Positions 37,965 through 46,680 of a stretch of 64,000 nt of DNA are shown here, piece by piece (the first letter of the stretch is position 1; the number at the start of each line of letters is the position of its first letter). The notes below the pieces were generated by a model. The model saw nothing but the letters and a program-made list of their open reading frames with translations. It ran no database searches and had not been told where the DNA came from. Both the position numbers and the translations under genes were made by a program. Source of the stretch: Christensenellaceae bacterium (GTDB taxonomy: Bacteria; Bacillota; Clostridia; Christensenellales; Borkfalkiaceae); NCBI GenBank assembly GCA_045654225.1, contig JAZOMW010000006.1:17009-81008 (forward strand), in the 5' to 3' direction.

Positions 37965-40526
37965 ATGGCTAAACAAATTATTAGTGAAGAATTATCTGCC
38001 GAGTTTAAACGAACTCTTGGCATGACTAAACTTGTTGACATTGAAGTAAACGCCGAACTTAAACAAAGTTTTATAGACTATGCAATGGCGGTAAATAGGT
38101 CACGCGCTATTCCCGACGTTAGAGACGGTTTAAAACCCGTTCACAGAAGAATACTTTACTCAATGAACGAAATGGGCTTAACGCCTGATAAACCTTATAA
38201 AAAGTGCGCCGCTATCGTTGGTGACGTGCTTGGTAAATACCACCCGCACGGCGACTCTTCCGTTTACGATGCGCTCGTTAGACTTGCGCAAGACTTTTCT
38301 ATAAATCTTCCGCTTGTTGACGGTCACGGTAACTTCGGTTCAGTTGACGGCGACCCTGCCGCAGCGTATAGATACACGGAAGCGCGTATGAGCAAACTTT
38401 CACTTGAAATGCTTGCCGATATCGATAAAAACACGGTTGACTGCAAGTCAAACTTCGACGATACGCGTAAAGAACCCGTTGTACTTCCAGCAAGATATCC
38501 AAACCTTTTAGTAAACGGTTCGGACGGTATTGCCGTTGGTATGGCAACTAATATTCCACCGCACAATTTAGGCGAAGTTATAGACGGCGCTATCGCGCTT
38601 ATTGATAACCCTGAAATTACGGTTGACGAACTTATGGAATATATTCCCGCGCCAGACTTTCCTACGGGCGGTATTTTGATGGGTAGAAGCGGAATTAGAA
38701 ACGCTTATAGAACTGGCAGGGGCGGTTACGTTTTACGCTCTAAATGCGAAATTGAAGAGTATAACAACGGCACTCGCTCACGCATAATAGTTACTGAAAT
38801 TCCGTATCAAGTAAACAAGCAAAAACTTATTGAAACTATTGCAGACTACGTTAAAGATAAAAAGATTGAAGGTATTGCAAATATCAACGACGAATCTGAT
38901 AGACACGGTATGCGTATAGTTATCGATATTAAAAAGGACGCTAATCCGCAAGTAGTATTAAATACGTTATATAAGCAAACAAGGCTTCAAATTAGTGACG
39001 GTATAATTTTACTTGCCTTAGTTGGCACAGACCCGAAAGTTTTAAATATCAAAGATATTTTATACTATTATCTTCTTCATCAAAGAGACGTTATTAGAAG
39101 AAGAACTAAATACGACCTTGATAAAGCGGAAGAAAGGTGCTTAATAGTTAAAGGTTTAATCAAAGCGCTTACCGATATTGATAAGGTTGTTGAAATTATT
39201 AAAACTTCTAATGATAGGCAAGAAGCGGCAAAGCGTTTAACCGAAGAACTTGAATTAGACGCTGAGTTTAAACAAGCAAACGCTATACTTGATATGCGCT
39301 TACAAACGCTTACTCATTTAGCGGTTAGCAAACTTGAAAACGAATATAACGAATTAGTAGCGCTTATTGCCGATTATAAAGACATTTTAGCAAATCCACA
39401 AAGAGTTGACGCTATTATTAAAGAAGATTTAACCGTAATTAAAACTAAATATGCGGTTGAAAGAAAAACTGAAATGAGCGTAATGGAAGGCGACATTGAA
39501 GATGCGGCACTTATACCGGTTGAAGACGTTGTAATTTCAATGACTAACCTTGGTTACGTTAAACGTATTCCTATTAGCGAATATCGCGCTCAAAGGCGTG
39601 GTGGCAAAGGCGTTACGGGTCATAAGCCAAAGGAAGAAGATTTCGTTAATAAGATGTTCGTTTCTTCAACGCACGACGATATTATGTTCTTTACAAGCAA
39701 AGGTAGAGTATTCCGCATAAAAGGTTACGAAATACCTGAGGCGCAAAGAACGGCGCGTGGTAGGGCGATTGTAAACTTACTTCAACTTACAGACGGTGAA
39801 AAGGTAAACGCTATTATACCGCTTAAAGAAGGCGTTACGGGCTATATTGCAATGGCTACCAAAAAGGGTTTAATTAAAAAGACCGACCTTAAAGAGTTTG
39901 ATAGCATTAGAAAAACAGGTAAAATTGCAATTAGTTTAAACGAAGGCGATGAACTCGTATCTATTCAATTTACGTCCGGTGAAGACGAGCTTTTAATAGG
40001 CACTAAAAACGGTAAATGTTTAAGATTCTACGAAGGTCAAGACGAAAAGGGTGTTTACGGCTTAAAACCGATAGGAAGAGACACGCAAGGCGTTAAAGCT
40101 ATGGACCTTGAAGACGACGACGAACTCGTTGGTATGACCGTTGTAAACAAAGATTTACAAGTTTTAACTATTACGTCTAACGGTTACGGCAAGAAGAGCA
40201 GTCCGGAAGATTATAGAGTTCAAAAGAGAGCGGGTAAGGGCGTAAAAGCGGGTCAACTTAACGAAAAGACGGGTAAACTAGTATGCTTAACTTTCGTTGC
40301 CCCTGATGAAGACGTTATGCTTATTACCGACAACGGAATTATAATTAGAGTTAAGTCAAGTGAAATTTCAACACTTTCACGCGATACGCAAGGCGTAATA
40401 GTAATGAGGCTTAACGAAGGCAAAGTTGCCACGGTAGCGGTAGTTCCACACGAAGACGACGAAGAAGTTGTTGACGGCGAAAACGGCGAAGAAACGGCAG
40501 TTGAAACTCAAACCACAAACGAATAA
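37965..40526 (+). CDS. gyrA: DNA gyrase subunit A
   Basis: GKYHPHGD, the active-site [11 protein letters not shown]-terminal beta-pinwheel repeats and an acidic tail. Confidence 0.95.
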   Translation: MAKQIISEELSAEFKRTLGMTKLVDIEVNAELKQSFIDYAMAVNRSRAIPDVRDGLKPVHRRILYSMNEMGLTPDKPYKKCAAIVGDVLGKYHPHGDSSVYDALVRLAQDFSINLPLVDGHGNFGSVDGDPAAAYRYTEARMSKLSLEMLADIDKNTVDCKSNFDDTRKEPVVLPARYPNLLVNGSDGIAVGMATNIPPHNLGEVIDGAIALIDNPEITVDELMEYIPAPDFPTGGILMGRSGIRNAYRTGRGGYVLRSKCEIEEYNNGTRSRIIVTEIPYQVNKQKLIETIADYVKDKKIEGIANINDESDRHGMRIVIDIKKDANPQVVLNTLYKQTRLQISDGIILLALVGTDPKVLNIKDILYYYLLHQRDVIRRRTKYDLDKAEERCLIVKGLIKALTDIDKVVEIIKTSNDRQEAAKRLTEELELDAEFKQANAILDMRLQTLTHLAVSKLENEYNELVALIADYKDILANPQRVDAIIKEDLTVIKTKYAVERKTEMSVMEGDIEDAALIPVEDVVISMTNLGYVKRIPISEYRAQRRGGKGVTGHKPKEEDFVNKMFVSSTHDDIMFFTSKGRVFRIKGYEIPEAQRTARGRAIVNLLQLTDGEKVNAIIPLKEGVTGYIAMATKKGLIKKTDLKEFDSIRKTGKIAISLNEGDELVSIQFTSGEDELLIGTKNGKCLRFYEGQDEKGVYGLKPIGRDTQGVKAMDLEDDDELVGMTVVNKDLQVLTITSNGYGKKSSPEDYRVQKRAGKGVKAGQLNEKTGKLVCLTFVAPDEDVMLITDNGIIIRVKSSEISTLSRDTQGVIVMRLNEGKVATVAVVPHEDDEEVVDGENGEETAVETQTTNE

Positions 40527-40564
40527 CAAACAAAAAAAGCAAGGCAAACGCCTTGCTTTTTAAT
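40521..40564 (+). repeat. Direct repeat copy 1 (last two gyrA codons plus a bidirectional terminator)
   Basis: GAATAAcaaaCAAAAAAAGCAAGGCAAACGCCTTGCTTTTTAAT. The hairpin is AGCAAGGC-aaac-GCCTTGCT. The 32-nt core 40530-40561 is identical to 41420-41451. Confidence 0.85.
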
Positions 40565-41021
40565 ATAATTTAAATTTGCTTTCGCATAAGTTTACAAAAG
40601 GTTTATTTTGCTTACTTGCATAAAGTAAGGAGTTATATGCACCGCCAAAGTGTACGTTGACGTAAGCAAAAACAAAATCTGCTTTATCTATCATCCATTC
40701 GTTTCTCTTTATAATGGCTAACTTTTTTGGAACGTTTTCTATATCTGGGTAAATAATAATATCGTACAATTTTTTTAACATATCACGTCTATTATCAAGC
40801 CATTTATCTAAATAAGGAGCAACGTATATAATTTTAGAGTTTGAATGAACTTCTTTATATAATTTAACGCATTTTAGTGCAAAACTATCAAAATTTCCGT
40901 AACCGCCTAAATAAAAATCAACTTCTTTTCCTTGAATAATATCTTCTAAATAATCAAGTAGGCGTTTTTTATCATTAAAATTGCTTGTATAATTAGAATG
41001 ACCGCAAAAGGTTATATTCAT
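40560..41021 (-). CDS. SLOG-fold protein, DUF1273 / YpsA-like
   Basis: ITFCGHSN (compare CFTGHR), FYLGGYGNFDSFA (GGxxGxD), IKRNEWMIDKADFVFAY (RNxxMVD) and GGAYNS, as I remember the family pattern. RBS AAAGGAAAG. Confidence 0.6.
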   Translation of the reverse strand: MNITFCGHSNYTSNFNDKKRLLDYLEDIIQGKEVDFYLGGYGNFDSFALKCVKLYKEVHSNSKIIYVAPYLDKWLDNRRDMLKKLYDIIIYPDIENVPKKLAIIKRNEWMIDKADFVFAYVNVHFGGAYNSLLYASKQNKPFVNLCESKFKLY

Positions 41022-41042
41022 TTAATCTTTCCTTTTTATGTA

Positions 41043-41151
41043 TGAGTACATTCATATTATAGCATAGGGTGAGCGTTAAAGTAAAGAATAGGAATGTGTA
41101 CATTCTTATAATTTTTAACAAAAAGAATATAATGAATATGTAAGCATTCAT
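41043..41151. promoter_or_regulatory. Divergent promoter region with repeated ACATTC/GAATGT half-sites
   Basis: ATGTAtgagTACATTCAT (41041-41055). GAATGTGTACATTC (41092-41105) directly abuts TATAAT (41107-41112). ATGAAT-N8-ATTCAT (41132-41151). A minus-strand TATAAT lies at 41061-41056. Confidence 0.4.
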
Positions 41152-41176
41152 TCATATGTGCTTTTTGGGGTGTACG

Positions 41177-41419
41177 ATGACTGTAAACGATGCGGTTGCA
41201 AAAAGAATAATTGAATTATTAAAACAAAAGAATATGACGCAATACCGTTTAGAACAACTTTCGGGCATTCAACACGGGCATATGCAATGGATAATGAGTG
41301 GCAAAAGCAAAACGGTAACCCTTTCAACAGTTATGCGCTTGGCAAACGGTTTTGGTATGACTGTAATTGAATTTTTAAGCGATAATAAATTTCTTTATGA
41401 AAATCTTGAAGTTGAATAA
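41177..41419 (+). CDS. XRE family helix-turn-helix transcriptional regulator
   Basis: MTQYRLEQLSGIQHGHMQWIMSGK, an HTH_3-like region, in an 80-aa protein. GGGGTG sits 5 nt before ATG 41177. Confidence 0.8.
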   Translation: MTVNDAVAKRIIELLKQKNMTQYRLEQLSGIQHGHMQWIMSGKSKTVTLSTVMRLANGFGMTVIEFLSDNKFLYENLEVE

Positions 41420-41455
41420 ACAAAAAAAGCAAGGCAAACGCCTTGCTTTTTTAAT
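41414..41455 (+). repeat. Direct repeat copy 2 (last two XRE codons plus a bidirectional terminator)
   Basis: GAATAAaCAAAAAAAGCAAGGCAAACGCCTTGCTTTTTTAAT. It has the same hairpin as copy 1. Confidence 0.85.
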
Positions 41456-41470
41456 GCTTTCTATTAAATT

Positions 41471-41764
41471 TTAGTCAATTTCGTAATCAACGGCAACGGA
41501 ACTAACTATGCGTTCGTGCATATATTTTTTAACTACTTCAACGTGGTATTTGTCGTTTTGATATTCGTTAAGTTTATCTAAACTTTCAACTACTACTTGT
41601 AAAATAAGGTCGTAATTTCTATCGCTTTTAACTTCGTTTTGTCCAACTTCAATGCCCCAAATTGTTGGAACTTTGGTTACCATACTCATTAAAACGTTGG
41701 TTGCCTTTTCAAGTTCGTCAACCGAGTTATCTTTTAATTTAAAACATACTACGTGTTTAATCAT
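41471..41764 (-). CDS. Dabb (stress-responsive A/B barrel) family protein
   Basis: 97 aa with MIKHVVCFKLKD...VGQN...DLILQV typical of Dabb domains. Confidence 0.8.
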   Translation of the reverse strand: MIKHVVCFKLKDNSVDELEKATNVLMSMVTKVPTIWGIEVGQNEVKSDRNYDLILQVVVESLDKLNEYQNDKYHVEVVKKYMHERIVSSVAVDYEID

Positions 41765-41765
41765 A

Positions 41766-41930
41766 TTACCAATCCTGCCTATCGCTTATTTTTATATCGT
41801 CGTAATACTCAAAGTATTTTGACTTAAATTTTGCCGTTTCCGCCTTTGCTTTTGCCTTTTTAATTTGTTCTATACTAGGCTTTTCTTCTTTTTTAGGCGC
41901 TATCGTATTATTTTTAATCTCTTTTTCCAT
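41766..41930 (-). CDS. Candidate small protein (54 aa, Lys/Glu-rich), below the ORF-track cutoff
   Basis: Hand translation: MEKEIKNNTIAPKKEEKPSIEQIKKAKAKAETAKFKSKYFEYYDDIKISDRQDW. The ATG lies inside the last mnmG codons. Its stop and the dabb start form TAAtATG. Confidence 0.3.
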   Translation of the reverse strand: MEKEIKNNTIAPKKEEKPSIEQIKKAKAKAETAKFKSKYFEYYDDIKISDRQDW

Positions 41931-43791
41931 CGTTTGATTTTAGCCAAACCATAAGCACTGCAATATCGGCGGGATTTACGCCTGAAATTCTTGATGCTTG
42001 GTCAAGGTTTTGTGGCTTTACCTCGTTTAATTTTTCTCGCGCTTCAACTCTTAAACCGTTAATATTTAAGTAGTTAATATCTTCGCTTAACAATTTATTT
42101 TTTAACTTTTCCGCTTTTTTAATGCTTTCAAGTTCTTTTTTAATATAGCCTGCGTATCTAACGTCCGTTTCAACGGTTTCTAAAATGTCGAAAGGAATAT
42201 CTAAAAAGGCGCTAAACTCTTGTTTAATAAGTTTTATGGATATTCCGCGCTTAATCATATCTTCGTACGTTATTGCGCCGTAAATTTCGCCGGTTGAGTT
42301 TTTAGTTACAAAGTCGTACGCACGTTTAAAAGGAACGGAAGTTTTAAGTTCTTCTCTTGCGCGTTTTGTAATTTCGCATCTATTTAGGTAAACTTGCCAT
42401 CTTTCATCGTCAACAAGCCCGAAATCTCTACCTATTTTAGTTAAGCGAGCGTCGGTATTGTCTTGCCTTAAAATAAGGCGGTATTCCGCGCGGGAAGTCA
42501 TTATTCTATAAGGCTCGTTAGTGCCTTTCGTAACTAAATCGTCAATTAAAACGCCGGCGTACGCTTCGTTTCTACCTAAAACTAGTTGCGGTTTGTTTTT
42601 AATAAACATACTTGCGTTTAAGCCCGCAATTAAGCCTTGCACCGCCGCCTCTTCATAACCGCTAGTGCCGTTTACTTGACCTGCCGTAAATAAACCGCTA
42701 ACGTTTTTATATTCAAGGGTAGGTTTAAGGTCTAAACTGTCAATGCAGTCGTACTCTATTGCGTAGGCGTAACGCATAAACTCTACGTTTTCAAAACCTT
42801 CGATTGAGCGGTACATTTGCTCTTGAATATCAACGGGCATTGATGACGACATACCTTGAACGTAAACTTCGCTGGTGTCAACGCCTTCGGGCTCTAAAAA
42901 TATTTGGTGGCGCTCTTTATCTTTAAATCTTACAACTTTCGTTTCAATAGAAGGGCAGTAGCGCGGGCCCGTAGTAGTTATAAAGCCGTTGTATAGTGGC
43001 GACCTTTCTAAATTGTTTAAAATAATGTTTTTAGTGTTTTCGTTAGTATAACCTAAGTAACATGGCGTTTGCTCCTTTTTTAACTCTTTGGTCATATAGG
43101 AAAAAGGATAAACGTCCGTTTCGCCGTCTTGCACGCTAAATTTTGTGTAATCTATCGTTCTACCGTCAAGGCGGGCGGGAGTTCCCGTTTTAAAACGGCG
43201 AATTTTAAAGCCTAACCTAATTAACGCGTCGGTTAAATAAGTTGCGTTTTGAAAGCCGTTAGGACCGCTAAACTTTTTATAATCGCCTATAACTATATCG
43301 CTATTTAAATAAACGCCCGTACAAACTATAACCGTTTTACATAAAAGCAAGGTGTTAAAGTTAGTAACAACGCCTTTTACAGCGCCGTTTTCAGTTAAAA
43401 TATCGGTTGCTTCGCATTGAATAATAAAAAGGTTATTAGTATTTTCAAGCGTTTTTTTCATTTCTTTATGATACGCGTTTTTGTCCGCTTGCGCTCGAAG
43501 TGATTGAACTGCAACGCCTTTACCACGGTTAAGCATTTTAATTTGGAGCATAGTTTTATCTATGTTTTTACCCATTTCGCCACCTAATGCGTCAAGTTCG
43601 CGCACCAAATGACCTTTTGCCGTACCGCCTATTGAAGGGTTGCAAGCCATAAAAGCAATAGCGTCTAAATTTATCGTAAGTAGGGCGGTTTTATTACCCG
43701 TGCGAGCAAGCGCTAACGCCGCTTCGCAACCTGCGTGACCCGCGCCTATAACCACCGCGTCAAAATTGTCGGTTTTAATATAATTATTCAT
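41914..43791 (-). CDS. mnmG: tRNA uridine 5-carboxymethylaminomethyl modification enzyme MnmG (GidA)
   Basis: The FAD motif VIGAGHAGCEAA, 625 aa, and the family pattern throughout. Confidence 0.95.
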   Translation of the reverse strand: MNNYIKTDNFDAVVIGAGHAGCEAALALARTGNKTALLTINLDAIAFMACNPSIGGTAKGHLVRELDALGGEMGKNIDKTMLQIKMLNRGKGVAVQSLRAQADKNAYHKEMKKTLENTNNLFIIQCEATDILTENGAVKGVVTNFNTLLLCKTVIVCTGVYLNSDIVIGDYKKFSGPNGFQNATYLTDALIRLGFKIRRFKTGTPARLDGRTIDYTKFSVQDGETDVYPFSYMTKELKKEQTPCYLGYTNENTKNIILNNLERSPLYNGFITTTGPRYCPSIETKVVRFKDKERHQIFLEPEGVDTSEVYVQGMSSSMPVDIQEQMYRSIEGFENVEFMRYAYAIEYDCIDSLDLKPTLEYKNVSGLFTAGQVNGTSGYEEAAVQGLIAGLNASMFIKNKPQLVLGRNEAYAGVLIDDLVTKGTNEPYRIMTSRAEYRLILRQDNTDARLTKIGRDFGLVDDERWQVYLNRCEITKRAREELKTSVPFKRAYDFVTKNSTGEIYGAITYEDMIKRGISIKLIKQEFSAFLDIPFDILETVETDVRYAGYIKKELESIKKAEKLKNKLLSEDINYLNINGLRVEAREKLNEVKPQNLDQASRISGVNPADIAVLMVWLKSNDGKRD

Positions 43792-43792
43792 A

Positions 43793-45142
43793 TTATTTTT
43801 TCAAAATTAAATTTTTAATATCGTTTACGGAAGTTGAAATTTTATCGCTAAACTTAATAAGTTCGGCAATTTTATCACGCGAGTGAATAATGGTAGTGTA
43901 GTTTTTTCCACCAAGCGCTTCGCCTATCGTTACGAGAGGGATTGACATAAGTTCCGTCATTAAATAAGCGCAAATTTGGCGTGGTAAAACGAGTTCTTTA
44001 TTACGCTTTTTAGAAGTAATGTCCGCTTTTGAAATATTGTAGTAAGAACAAACCGTATCAATAACTTTTGAAGCCGAAACGCTTTCTTTAATTTCGCTAG
44101 TAACGCTATCTTTAAGCGCGTCCATAGCAAGATTTAAAGTGATAGGCTCTTCGTGAAGGGTAGCAAAAAAGATAACTCTATTAAGCATACCTTCTAAACT
44201 TCTAACGTTGTCTTCGCTATTTTCCGCCATAAACATTGCAACGTCAAGCGGTAAAATATACTTTTTATATTCGGCTTTCTTTTGAAGTATTGCAACTTTC
44301 GTTTCAATATCAGGCGCTAAAACTTGCGCTTTTAAACCGCCCTCAAAACGAGTTCTTAATCTTTCGTCTAAAAGTTCGATTTTGCTTGGTTCACAGTCCG
44401 CAGATAATACTATTTGCTTATTTTCGCCGTAAAGCGCGTTAAAAGTGTTAAAGAATTCTTCTTGCGTGGTTTCTTTGCGCGCTAAAAATTGCACGTCGTC
44501 AATAATTAAAACGTCAACGTTGCGGTATTTATTTCTAAAATTTTCACCTTCTTGCGAATACGCTTTACCAGTTTTAATGTTAGTTATAAGTTCAGTTGTA
44601 AACTTTTCACAAGTAGAGTATAAAACCTTCTTTTTAGGCGTGGCTTTGTGTATGTGGTTGGCTATTGCTTGCATTATGTGCGTTTTGCCAAGACCCGACG
44701 CGCCGTATATGAAAAGTGGGTTATAAGATTCGCCCGGTGCTTCCGCAACCGCTTTAGCAGCGGCGTATAAATAGCGGTTTGAAGCGCCTACAACGAAAGA
44801 GTCGAAAGTGTATTTAGGGTCGATAGGCGACGACTCTATTTTAATTTTATCATCGTTTAAAAGTTCTACTTTGCTTTCTAAATATTCTTTTTTGCTTGAA
44901 CCTTGAAAAATTTCAATATCGGTAACGCCCGTGTTTAAATTTACGAGTACTTCAACTATAATATTTTTAAGTTTAGTTTTAATAGTTTTTGCAAAAACTT
45001 CCGCCTTTGTAAGTAGCACTAAAGTTGAGCCTACTAAATCAATAGGTTCAAGGAACTTTATAAAAGTTGTGTAATGTGCCGTTGAAATTGAGTTTTCAAG
45101 TTCAGGTAAGGCTTTTTTCCAAATAATTTCGTAACTTTCCAT
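43793..45142 (-). CDS. dnaA: Chromosomal replication initiator protein DnaA
   Basis: Walker A GASGLGKTHIM, IIDDVQFL, and the domain IV segment NYTTIIHSRDKI. RBS GGAG. Confidence 0.95.
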   Translation of the reverse strand: MESYEIIWKKALPELENSISTAHYTTFIKFLEPIDLVGSTLVLLTKAEVFAKTIKTKLKNIIVEVLVNLNTGVTDIEIFQGSSKKEYLESKVELLNDDKIKIESSPIDPKYTFDSFVVGASNRYLYAAAKAVAEAPGESYNPLFIYGASGLGKTHIMQAIANHIHKATPKKKVLYSTCEKFTTELITNIKTGKAYSQEGENFRNKYRNVDVLIIDDVQFLARKETTQEEFFNTFNALYGENKQIVLSADCEPSKIELLDERLRTRFEGGLKAQVLAPDIETKVAILQKKAEYKKYILPLDVAMFMAENSEDNVRSLEGMLNRVIFFATLHEEPITLNLAMDALKDSVTSEIKESVSASKVIDTVCSYYNISKADITSKKRNKELVLPRQICAYLMTELMSIPLVTIGEALGGKNYTTIIHSRDKIAELIKFSDKISTSVNDIKNLILKK

Positions 45143-45184
45143 TAAAAATCTCCACTAAAAGCAAATAAACTTTTGTTAATTTTT

Positions 45185-45222
45185 GTAAAATGTGATAAAA
45201 TATAGTAAAAATAAGTAAAAAA
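45185..45222. repeat. Four A-tracts phased at exactly 10 bp in the dnaA-recF spacer
   Basis: (G/A)TAAAA starts at 45185, 45195, 45205 and 45215. The 10-mers are gtaaaatgtg / ataaaatata / gtaaaaataa / gtaaaaaact. Confidence 0.6.
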
Positions 45223-45294
45223 CTATTGAATTTTATACTTGTAAAGTATATTATATAATAAATCAACGCAAAAATCAATTATTAAGATAGCAAA

Positions 45295-46422
45295 ATGTTT
45301 ATAAAAAATTTAATTTTAAAAAACTATCGCAATTACGAATATGCAGAGTTTGCATTTTGTGACGGCGTAAATATACTAACTGGTGACAATGCGCAAGGCA
45401 AAACCAACTGTGCCGAAGCCATATTTTTTTTGTGCACGGGATATTCGCCAAGGGCAACTCGCGATAAGCAAGTTATAAAATACGGGCAAGACTATGCTAA
45501 AATAATAGGCACGGCTAGTTCTAGTTACGGTAACGTAGAAGTAGAATTAAATTTTTCAAACAACTCAAATAAGGCTATTAAAATAAACGGCGTACCTATC
45601 AAAAAAATAGGCGAACTTATGGGCAATATAAACTCGGTATTTTTTAACCCGGGCGAACTTAAACTTATTCAAGAAAGTCCGGAAGATAGAAGGCGTTTTA
45701 TGGATATTTCGCTTTCACAAATGAATAAGCGTTATTTTTACGCGCTTCAAAAATACCGTAAAGTTTTAGAGCAAAGAAACGACCTTTTAAAGTCGAGCGA
45801 TAAACAAACTATTTACGACACACTTCCTTTTTGGGACGAGCAGTTGGCAGTTTACGCCGAAACTATTATAAAAGAAAGGTTATTGTTCATTGAAAAATTA
45901 ACGCCACTTGCAAAAAAAGCGCACTCGTATATCACGGGCGGAATTGAAGATATTTCAATTTCACTTGAAGCACAGTATTTAGACGAAGAAGACGAGTTTT
46001 TACAAAAACATACTAGCCACCTTGATAAAGACGTTAAAAACTGCCTACTCATAGCGCTTTCAAAACGCATTGAAAAAGATATAGCGCTAGGATACACAAG
46101 CGTTGGCCCTCACCGTGACGATATTAAAATTAAAGTAAACGGTGAGGACGTAAGGCTATACGGCTCGCAAGGGCAACAAAGAACTTCGGCACTATCGCTT
46201 AAACTTGCCGAACTTGAAGTGTTTAAAGATAGGTTTAACGAATATCCGGTTTTAATTTTAGACGACGCGTTTAGCGAACTTGATAAGTCAAGGCGTTCGC
46301 GCTTACTTAAATACGTTGACGGCGTGCAAACTATTATAACTTGTACCGACGTTACCGAAGATATGATTAGCGGTAGTAATATTAAAATATTTAATATTAA
46401 AAACGGAAAAATTGAAAATTAA
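45295..46422 (+). CDS. recF: DNA replication and repair protein RecF
   Basis: Walker A GDNAQGKTN, signature GSQGQQRT and Walker B LILDDAFSELD. Confidence 0.9.
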   Translation: MFIKNLILKNYRNYEYAEFAFCDGVNILTGDNAQGKTNCAEAIFFLCTGYSPRATRDKQVIKYGQDYAKIIGTASSSYGNVEVELNFSNNSNKAIKINGVPIKKIGELMGNINSVFFNPGELKLIQESPEDRRRFMDISLSQMNKRYFYALQKYRKVLEQRNDLLKSSDKQTIYDTLPFWDEQLAVYAETIIKERLLFIEKLTPLAKKAHSYITGGIEDISISLEAQYLDEEDEFLQKHTSHLDKDVKNCLLIALSKRIEKDIALGYTSVGPHRDDIKIKVNGEDVRLYGSQGQQRTSALSLKLAELEVFKDRFNEYPVLILDDAFSELDKSRRSRLLKYVDGVQTIITCTDVTEDMISGSNIKIFNIKNGKIEN

Positions 46423-46457
46423 AAATGCTAACGAAATATTCGTTAGCATTATTTTTT
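46421..46457. terminator. Bidirectional terminator (convergent recF and the BFD-like gene)
   Basis: AATGCTAACGA-aatat-TCGTTAGCATT is flanked by A5 and T6. Confidence 0.8.
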
Positions 46458-46653
46458 AGCCGTTTAAAACTTCACTTATTACGTCTAAAACTTTGTGATA
46501 GCAACCACCGCAACCGGTAGTGCAGTTGGTTGTTTTTTGTACGTCTTCAAAAACTTTAATTGCATCTTCCATTTTGTTGTGGTCGTTAAGTGCTTTTGCA
46601 ATATCTGCGTAACTTACTTGTTTGCAGTTACATATCGTTACGTTTTCTTTCAT
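46456..46653 (-). CDS. BFD-like [2Fe-2S]-binding domain protein
   Basis: 65 aa with the Cys pattern CNC...(35)...CTTGCGGC. RBS AAAGGAGA. Confidence 0.8.
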   Translation of the reverse strand: MKENVTICNCKQVSYADIAKALNDHNKMEDAIKVFEDVQKTTNCTTGCGGCYHKVLDVISEVLNG

Positions 46654-46680
46654 TGTAGTTTCTCCTTTAAGTGTGTTGTT

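Noticed and set aside
41762-43795. The recurrent junction TAAtATG (dnaA/mnmG, small ORF/dabb, and also citrate synthase/aconitase at 7353-7359), considered as a repeated sequence motif.
   Set aside because: This is simply the stop-N-start arrangement of translationally coupled genes. There is no extended similarity around the junctions.
45143-45294. Calling this 152-bp dnaA-recF spacer oriC.
   Set aside because: I could not find consensus or near-consensus TTATCCACA boxes by eye. The spacer is short, and the flanking gene orientation argues against it. I reported it as an open question rather than a feature.
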